A DNA stretch of 64,000 nucleotides, taken from NCBI RefSeq assembly GCF_009914755.1, contig NC_060927.1. One strand, given 5' to 3'. Shown in pieces: positions 55,301 through 64,000 of the stretch (position 1 is the first letter of the stretch; each line of letters starts with the position of its first letter). Under the pieces are notes generated by a model. The model saw nothing but the letters and a program-made list of their open reading frames with translations. It had not been told where the DNA came from and did no database searches. The DNA is from the human T2T-CHM13v2.0 reference genome, Homo sapiens. Position numbers and translations under genes: made by a program.

Positions 55301-57902
55301 TTAAAAAAAAAACAGAAAATATTTTTCTCTTCATTTTTGGCCAAACGTGAAGGTAAGGGGAATTAATGACCTCAGCTAGTACAGTTGACATTTAAAACTG
55401 TGACTCAGGTCCTCCCACTCTCAAAAGAATATTGATAACTTTTAAACTCTGAAGCTAAAATGAAGACATGCTTCACTCTGCCTACGAGTCTCAAGTTTAT
55501 GAACTCACTCACTTTAGTGTTCTTTCATTAAATAAAACTTAAAGAAGGATGTTCAGAATGGGGTGGAGAAAGGAAGAGAAATGAACAGTTAGGGGTCACA
55601 ATTATTAGAGTTTTGGGGGCAGTAATGAAGACAAATAGGTAATTTGAAGTAGTCTTCAAGAGAAACAAGAAATAAAGGGAAAGGGTTAGGAAAAGGAAAG
55701 AGGGAAATAATGAAGTTGATATAATTTGGATATTATGTGATCATTAGAGAAGAAACAGCCTCACTAACAGTCAATTCACAATTATGTTTGTCTAGTAGAA
55801 ATATATCTGCTGGAACACTTTGGAGAACAGATTGGTAATTTTGCCATTACACTAGACATTAGCCCTTTCAAAGCAGACTAAGAGTACGTAGTTCCTTAGT
55901 GAATACAAGGCTTCACAACTGGAGAGCATTGCAGGGAGCTTGGCTAAGGTGAAAAGGGACTTGCTGGAGAGGTACAGCAGAATGGGATGGGATTAGAAAA
56001 CAACAATCTATTAGGAAAGATGAAAGGAAGGAATTCCCCAGTGTTCACGCTGAGAAGTCTTCATATTGGACCAGTGTGAGGGGGTCTTTTATACTGAGGT
56101 TTTAAAAACCTGACTTCATTTTGTCCTGAATGTAGAAGTGAAGAAGGACACTAGTTTCAGGCACCTGGGATGGTGGAAAAGTTTATTCAACTGAGGCTTT
56201 CCATGCATTGGGTTGAATAGCTGAGGGAAGCTGAAGACTCTTATCTGAAAATATGATCTGAAAATATTTATTGTATAGGAAGACAGAATGCCTGATTTCT
56301 GAAGTTTTCTTGATGGCCCAACTAAAGAAGAAAGGCACCAAATCCTCACTTTAACAGGTAAATGGAGATCCTGAGGGCTGGATACCCAAGAGCCACCATT
56401 TTACGGATTCCTCAGATTTAAAAATGTCTCAGATAGATATTTCCAAATTCTATTTCTATTAGCCTCTGTGGATAAAGAGTTCCTGAAACTCTGGTTTTAC
56501 TTTTTTTGGAAAAAAAAAAAAAAAAAAAAAAAAAAACAACTCCCAGGAAAATGAACACTATATTGCCAAGCTGCCTCCAGGGAAAGGTTGAAGACTAGTT
56601 AAAATAATTCTAAGCGTATTGAAAAAAGAAAGTGTAAAGATCCAGTATTAAAATGAATGTTTGAGAATACAGTGGGGACAACTAGGTAATTCACTGTCTT
56701 ACGCTTTTCAGAAGACTGGCCCTTTGAAACGCAGCCTGTTATTGTTGGTCAGATCATGTGGCACTTAAGTAGCCCCTTGGTCATATTTTTAAAAGCAAAT
56801 ATAGACAGTGACAGTCCTACAGGGGAAAATCACAGATACATTCATATGCACCTCTTTTGTTCTTCAGATATTGAGTGGGTCAGCTAAACAAGATCACTTT
56901 GAATATGAACCTCTTTGTATTAGTCACACCAACAAAAAAGTTTCAAAAAAAGTTTTCACTTTCCTACATTTGCTAAGTCTGAGCTTTAAAAAATTCTAAA
57001 ATCCTCTAAAGACAATACTGAAGCTGATAATATAAAAAGCAAATTAGAGCACTAATGATTATTACTAGATGCACCAGATTAACTGCAGCAGGTTGGTGAT
57101 GGGTGATATAAGCAAAGACATAATATTTCAATCAACTCATGATCATAGGCAGATTCAAAAGTTAAAATGAATATAATGTAATATATATTTCAATATAGAG
57201 TTGTTATATATAATGTGTATGTCCTAGGTTTCAGAAATACTGCAATGTAGTGTATTGTAGTTAAGTAAGCATACCTAAATAGTAACTCATATTCTTTCAC
57301 AAAGTCACTAGTACTGTTAATTAAAGGAAAAAATAAAACCGAAACAACTAATTGTTTTTCCAGTAAAAAGAAATACCTATGGTTACAGTTACAGACTTCT
57401 TTTGGATATAGAAAGACAATATACATTTTAAAAAGTAATAACGACAAAAAAGTTGCAACTGTAAGTAGCCTTACTTAACAGGGGAAGGGGAAAAGTCACC
57501 AGAATAGAAGAGGAAAGAAAATGTCCTCTGACTTCTGTAAAACAGAAATAATGTACAAATCATAAAAAATAACAAACCATCTAGTAAAAGAAGGGCATGG
57601 GAGTGAGAAAACTGAATCCTGAATTCCAGGCCACCAAACCCTCAGAGTCCATTCATTCAGTATATTATACTAGAGTGGCATTCTACTTCAATGCTTGAGA
57701 TGGGCAAGAGCAATCAATTCCTACAGATTACCAAAAAACATTCCCCCCAACAGTCTATTGGTTTGCTAGACATGGTAAACAACCCACTCCTGGAAAGACT
57801 TTGGCAAAGGCCACATTGGTTTCAGGAGACACAGTTTGTGAATTACGATGATATCTTGTGAGTACAGGCAGAATTAGGAAGCTTTAGTTTGAGAATAAAA
57901 TT

Positions 57903-57904
<2 letters not shown>

Positions 57905-57944
<40 letters not shown>
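57905..57944. repeat. (TG)n microsatellite
   Basis: Direct read. Confidence 0.95.
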
Positions 57945-57945
<1 letters not shown>

Positions 57946-60900
57946 ACACTGCATTGCATAGAGGAAAGGAATGAAGACCTTTGAGCTATGGGATGGCTCA
58001 GGCCAAAGTTTGTGTGGGCTTTGCCTGCCTGGCATTGGTCCCCACCCCTGCCACCTCCAGGAGACCTGGGGAGACGCCCTGGACTGCTGCTCCCTCTTGT
58101 CTGCTCACCAGTTGAAGACTTCTGTTATACCTTATTATGGAGGAAAACAGCCTGTCCCTGTGGGTTTGCTGTGGATTCAACAAGCTGCATTTGTTTCTCC
58201 CAATTCTGAAACATTACAAAAAGCAACAGAGTGGGCAGGTGACTGCTTCCTGGGAAGGGAGCCACAAGTCTTAAACACAATGGTGGGAAGAGGCAACTGT
58301 ATCTATGCACGAGGACCTCTGCCTGTGTGTGCTTCCTTTGGGGGGCACACACACTTCCAGATGACAATAAGTATATACACAAACACACACATGTGCACAC
58401 ATGTCAATAAATCCAATAGAACTGTAGAGTTTGTTAAATGCACTCTACTCCACATAAGCATATTCAAGTTTCTCATGAAACGGATACATAGAAATTACTG
58501 ATGGTTGGGCTCCTTCAGAATGCCCTAAAGTCTCATCACAGATACTGATGCACCCAACTAAGGCAACAAAGCATAAGCAGATACGTGAGATATGTCAGAC
58601 CTTCGACTTCTAACCAGAAGTTCAAAAATGTATCTTGTTGTCACTGGGCAATATGAATGTGAAACAGTTTTGTGCTGAGGGAAGCTCACACTGTGTGTGC
58701 ACATGTATAAATAATGTATACTCATTTATAGACATTTTGGACAGCAGCGGTGACATACTGGATGGGTTAAGACTCTTTCATTATTAGAATCTACATATAA
58801 ATTGCAATGAGTTTGCTGGGTAAAAACAACTGTTGCAACACTAGTAGAAACAGATGCCCCCAAGGTTTTTTTTTTTTTTTTTTTTTTTTCTCTCTTGGAT
58901 GTATCAAAATCTCATTGAGGCATTCTAAACCAAAGAAACCTCTGAATTTGAAACAGGGTTAGTAGGGACTTTTATACCCAGCTGGGCATCCCAGAAGCCT
59001 GGACTCTCAGGACTGTGGCTAGATTTTGCCCATGATCTGTAGATTATGCTCTTGCACTGGAGACTTGAAAGTTATGAGTTTGCATTCAAACAAAGAACCA
59101 CCAGATAAAACAGATGTTCTCTAAAACTGAGGAAAAAAAGTTTAGAGATATACACTGTATAGAGAAAGAAAGCTTTTTGCTGGATTGTTCTCCTTGTTAA
59201 GGAAATGTTTAAAACTAGTACTCCCGGGCACCTGTGATTGCATTTTATAGGATTCTATTTAGTAATATGATGTCTATTTTACATTCAGCCCCAACCTACG
59301 TCACTGAAATAGAATAGGAAATAGCAGCCACTATCTGAGAGTACCCAGTTCTAGGAAAGTTTGGTGCCTCCTCAAGAAGTCACTATTTCCATAGTCCTCA
59401 ATCATGAATAGGGCTTGTTTTTGTGATAATGTAACTATTAAACAGCAAGAAATGCCTATAACTTCAGAGCCTTCTCATTTCTATATCTTTTATCCTCTTC
59501 CCAGGGCTTTCTGATTTAAGGCAATAATGCTACACTATAAGTAGCCTTTTGTGAAAATACCTTAATTGAGGTCACTTAAGATTAGATTTCAGTCTGAAAG
59601 TCTACAGTTTACGGAGCAAAAGGTGGAGCCTAAAGAAACCACTGGCAGGTGTTTTAGTCAGTGGTGTGGAAAGATAATGTTTCTTGTTTCAACCCAGGGC
59701 ATTTTTACCCATCATGCAGTGAGGAGAAAATACATAGTTCTGAAAAAGAACCCACACTAGGTAGCCCTAATTTTCTATCTCTTCACTCTAAAAAGGATGG
59801 AAACAAGCCCTACTGTTCCATAACCATTCCCAGGGATCGGCTAAGGTACATTGCTGACTGCTATAGACTCAGTGTTCAAGGAGAAAAAAATCTTCAGAGA
59901 CTTAGAAAACTCTTTGCAATATTTTGGTCAGGCTGATCGTCTTGATACTCAGTGCTAGAAATGATGCTTTGGATTAGTAGTTTCCACATTCTGAATTTAT
60001 AGGAACACTGAGTCACCACAGCCTTTTTTCTTGTAAAGGTTTAAGTGATATCAGAAATAGCAACTCTACACGGAAAGCCCTTGGGAATATGAAAATACTC
60101 TCTCTCAAGAGCAAGGGCTCTTCCGTGCCCCTTTTCTGCCTCTGTATGTAGCCTGAGCACCAGGGTAGAGATTGCTTTTGAAAGTTTGCCCCATGTAATC
60201 TATTTCCTGGCTACCTAAGAGAACAGCCGTTTTCTTCATGAAAACACAAAGAGGGGAAAGAGGCTGCTGCTGTTCCAGTGGGAAGTTATGTCTAGCCCCA
60301 GAAGGCCTGGTGGCTGGGTCAGCTCAAGCACTCTCTTCATGCACTGCAGGCTCAGGAGGCATTGGGTTGCTTTGCTTTTTCTATGGAATTAGGGAGCCTA
60401 TTGAAATTCTAGTGCACCCCTCCTTTTGTTTGTCACCAAGTCACATGGTTCTGTCTTCAGTATCCTATTTTTCTTTTTTTTTAATTTCTTTTTCTGAGGA
60501 ACAAAATTGGCCATTTAAATAAAGTTCTTTTCTAGTGAGTAAAGAGGTTTCTCAGAGCCAGAAATCACTGAAAAGAGAGTCTGTCGACCCTGCCCATGGA
60601 AAAGCCCAGAGATTTCTCTAACCACTTCTTGCCAAACTTCCTAGTTTTGTGATTGGATGTTTCTTGGTTTAGCATTGTTTGGTGCTGAATACATTTTGCA
60701 ATTCTTTTGTTCTCTGCCCTAGAGCTTCCATTACCCTGGACTTCAACTCATTACCAAATTAAAGAATTCTTTTAGAAGATTTCTTTTAAGAGTCAGGTCA
60801 CAACAGAAAGGGCGCCCTCCTGTTCTCCTAAATCTCAAGGGCATCTCAGGTTGTGTCTGCTCTTACGTTGCACCTTCCTTTTGTTCCCTTTTAATGCAGC

Positions 60901-63900
60901 AGCACACTGGCTATAGCAGAGGCAGACCTGATTTGATTATCTGATACCTTTTCCACAAAATCATATATCCCCTGCTCCCAGCCCCAACTAATCAAATAAC
61001 ATCTTCTAGAACAACAGAGGAAAGCTCCAGAATGGGTGTATATCCTGTGACTCCTGGCCAGATCCACCTTGCTCCCTGTCTTCCTAGGGGTCACAGGTGT
61101 TGGGAGCATTGTGGAGGAGCCCCAACAAGGAAGCAACATATGGCTTTATTATGTTTTCTCAGGAATCGAAGGGGTTTTATAAGGGGCATATCTCATTTTT
61201 GACTTCTGTGCTGAGAGAAAATATTGAGTTTTGGGCGCAGGCAGAGCACAGACAGGACAGCTGGTGTTCCTGTGTGAGGGAAGTACACATAGCTCAAGGC
61301 TTTAGGACTGAATGTGAAACAAACATACCTGGAGGAAAACTTTTTTCATTATCAGAATTCACAAATTCTTACTGTTCATGGGTTGAAAAAGAGTATTTGG
61401 GACCTTATAGAATATTTTGATGATACAAAATAAAACCCTTATGACTTTTAAACACAGCAAACCCAAGTCTTTCTAAGGCCAAGAGCTACTATGATCTCTA
61501 AGATGACTAGGAATGAACTGAGGCTAGAATATGAGCAGGAAATTATCCAGCACACTTAATCATGGCACAAATAGATTCAAAGCATTAGGAATTTGGGAAG
61601 AGAACGGTCTATAAAACTGTTATTAGGAGCTAAAGTTTACCTCTCAATTAAAAGATACAGGAAACCATTTTGATACAGAGATTTTCATTTCAGATTTTTT
61701 TTCTTTGCTTAGCTTGTTTCCCCCTGTGTAGAATTGTAACAGATCCATGTGTTCCAATTATTTTCTTTTTTAGGATTATATTTCACACATTTGGGGGCCT
61801 TTTTTGTACAAATATTGGCATGTAATAAAGAAAAATTGCCCATGATGCTGAGATAATACCAGTGTTTTTAGTGGTAGAAAATATTATTTTTTTATAAACC
61901 ATATCTAAATATCTTGAGATAAAAATTCCCCTTTGACTTTTTTTCCTCTCCCTTGTTTGGCAAATTCCATTTTAAAATTATAAATTGCTAAAAAATGTCC
62001 TTTCCATACTATTTCTCTCTTCCTTGTACTCATCCTAAGAAGTCTTAAATCTGGAACATTTGTTTTTATCTTATCTATCTGTTTCCTGGCTACTAGAAAG
62101 AAATTTTTTTAGCACTCATATCACCCTACCATGAAGGTCTAAATGTAAGATGACTGTAGGACTTGAAACAAAAAAAAATTAAAAAGATCCACACTCATTC
62201 TTTGATTTTGAAGCAAATGTCTTTCCCTATTTCTAAAGATATTTGTGATTGTTTAACTTAAAAGTGAGAATTGACAATCTAAAAGCATCTCTATCCTTTT
62301 GAAACAGGTCCAGATTGGTTTATTTCCTAAAATGTGGGTCAGTTTGGAAAGTGGCCATTTGATGGGCCAGGAACATAGCAATAAACAACTACCTCTTTGC
62401 TCCTCCAGATTAGATCTCCCACTCCAATCCAGCTTCTTCCTCTTTCCACAAAATAATTTGTCAACTATTTTAGAATGTGACATATTTGGGAAGGATAAAT
62501 GTACAGTAGGAATATGTCTACTGCTATGCAAACCTGGCTGGTCCATTTTGTCATGGACTACAATGATTATATCACCTCATTAAGAATTCTTTAGGGATCC
62601 TCCACCTCCTCCCCCACTCCCTTTTTTTTAAGAGACACTTCCTTTACAGGGAAAGGATGATAGACTCCTCAGGGTTTCAAGTCACCTGCAGCTTTTTCTC
62701 TACATGTTCTACCAAAAGAAAAGGTGGATTCTAACCCAATTGCTTAGCATTTTACATGGCAAATCAGCATTAAGGCAAATGGGTCTCTCTCAGATTTGAG
62801 AAACAGAAAGCTACACGTGGCCCATAATGGCACCTAAGATCAACTTTTCAGGCGGTATTAGTGAAAATTCTTCCTACTTTGCTAAATTTGAACAAAGACA
62901 CTTTCAAATCTACTGTGAAACAGTTTAAAATATTTTAAAGTGGCTTTTGGCCTTCTTTCATTTGTAACATGTATTGAGTGATTTCATGTCATTGTCTCCT
63001 AGCTTTAAGAGTTTTTTTCTTAAGGTCAATCTTCTCTTTTCATTTTATGGGTGGAATCACTTGTTTTCCAAAATATCAAAACAATTCCATGACATAGTTA
63101 ATTAATGCTCCCTCTATTGGTGGTAAGTGGAAATATTAGTCTTATAACACTGCTATTTTAAAAAGCAAAATTAGCAATAGAAAAATGAACTTACTTTATC
63201 TCGGAAGCTGTTCCTCACTAACTGTTAAAACAGATCAGTTTTGGACATACAGTTCTTGGCAGGACTCCTCTTAGAAATCACAATAGGTTACACTTAATAG
63301 TCAGTTAACCACCCAAGTTTACATTAAAACTTCTAGCAAAATATCCACTGAATTAAGCACTGTGGGACCAAATCAAACTCACAAACACTTCAGTTACACT
63401 AACCTTACAAAGCATCACAAAGAACTTATGAAAAAGATCCAAGTTAACCAAATGTCTAAAATATATGAATAAAACCAATTTAGTCATTACAGAGTTGTTT
63501 GTGTTGGAAGATTTTCCCTCGTTTGCTGCACAGTTTTTGTAAATAAAATGCTGACAGGAAAATTAGAAGGAAAATTAAATTAAAATGTAATGTAATTTTG
63601 AAACTAAAATACGCTCTCCTTTCTTCTTTTTAAAACTGTAGTTTGGTGTTTTGCTTTGTTTAAAGATTTGCTTTCCCCTAAGTATGTTAAAATATGCCCA
63701 GCAATGAAATCACTTTGGGAGTTTCAGCTAGGTTTAAGAATTCCTATATTTGAGCTGGAATCCCTTCAGGACACTGTCTATAATGAAAATGTCTCTATTA
63801 TAACACCTTGATCAGGACCGAGGAGAGAAATCCCTACTAGGAAGAGAGAGTGGCATCTGGTATGATGCAATAGATTGGTGGTCTTTTGAATGGTGGCTGT

Positions 63901-64000
63901 TGGCATCTGGGAATTTTTTTGTTAATTTCCCTAAAACCTTTCGAAGAAGCAAGGGTTAATTCGTCATCTAAAGAATGATCATCTTATTCAGCCCTCTTAA

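Larger units (their letters stand above)
41290..64000 (-). other. ZBTB20: Very long 3' UTR of ZBTB20 (coding exons lie beyond the window end)
   Basis: Seen: no credible ORF, no Alu or L1, minus strand U-rich with PAS hexamers, contains MIR568. Recalled: ZBTB20 is the convergent neighbour of TIGIT, hosts MIR568 and has a 3' UTR of more than 20 kb. No ZBTB20 coding sequence is visible here. Confidence 0.75.

Noticed and set aside
57971-58501. 176-aa plus-strand ORF, the longest non-L1 ORF in the track
   Set aside because: No recognisable domain or exon context, antisense to the presumed 3' UTR; compatible with chance in a locally GC-richer patch

Overview
Human genomic DNA, recognisable as the TIGIT locus on 3q13.31. 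Positions 1-17 kb are a stack of nested transposable elements, including a full-length sense-strand L1PA2-like LINE-1 (3770-9851, 16-bp TSD, intact ORF1, ORF2 killed only by two CGA>TGA stops) and a full-length Tigger1. TIGIT is on the + strand in four coding exons (20957-21017, 22440-22769, 26491-26597, 34688-34924; 244 aa), with its 3' UTR running to about 37.08 kb. From about 41.3 kb to the window end the sequence is AT-rich, nearly free of transposons and non-coding. It matches what I recall as the very long minus-strand 3' UTR of ZBTB20, and it contains the MIR568 hairpin (43277-43371). I see no evidence of a wholly new biological system. The best leads are: NMD-escaping TIGIT splice outcomes (tailless 170 aa, secreted 141 aa, delta-Lys NAGNAG, +67 aa N-terminal extension); a possible L1-promoter-driven TIGIT transcript; a short 3' transduction in the L1 tail; two locally templated insertions; a MER33-donated poly(A) signal; and a CTCF/MARE-containing element 2.5-3 kb upstream of TIGIT. 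Repeat subfamily names come from my memory of consensus sequences and should be confirmed with RepeatMasker/Dfam.
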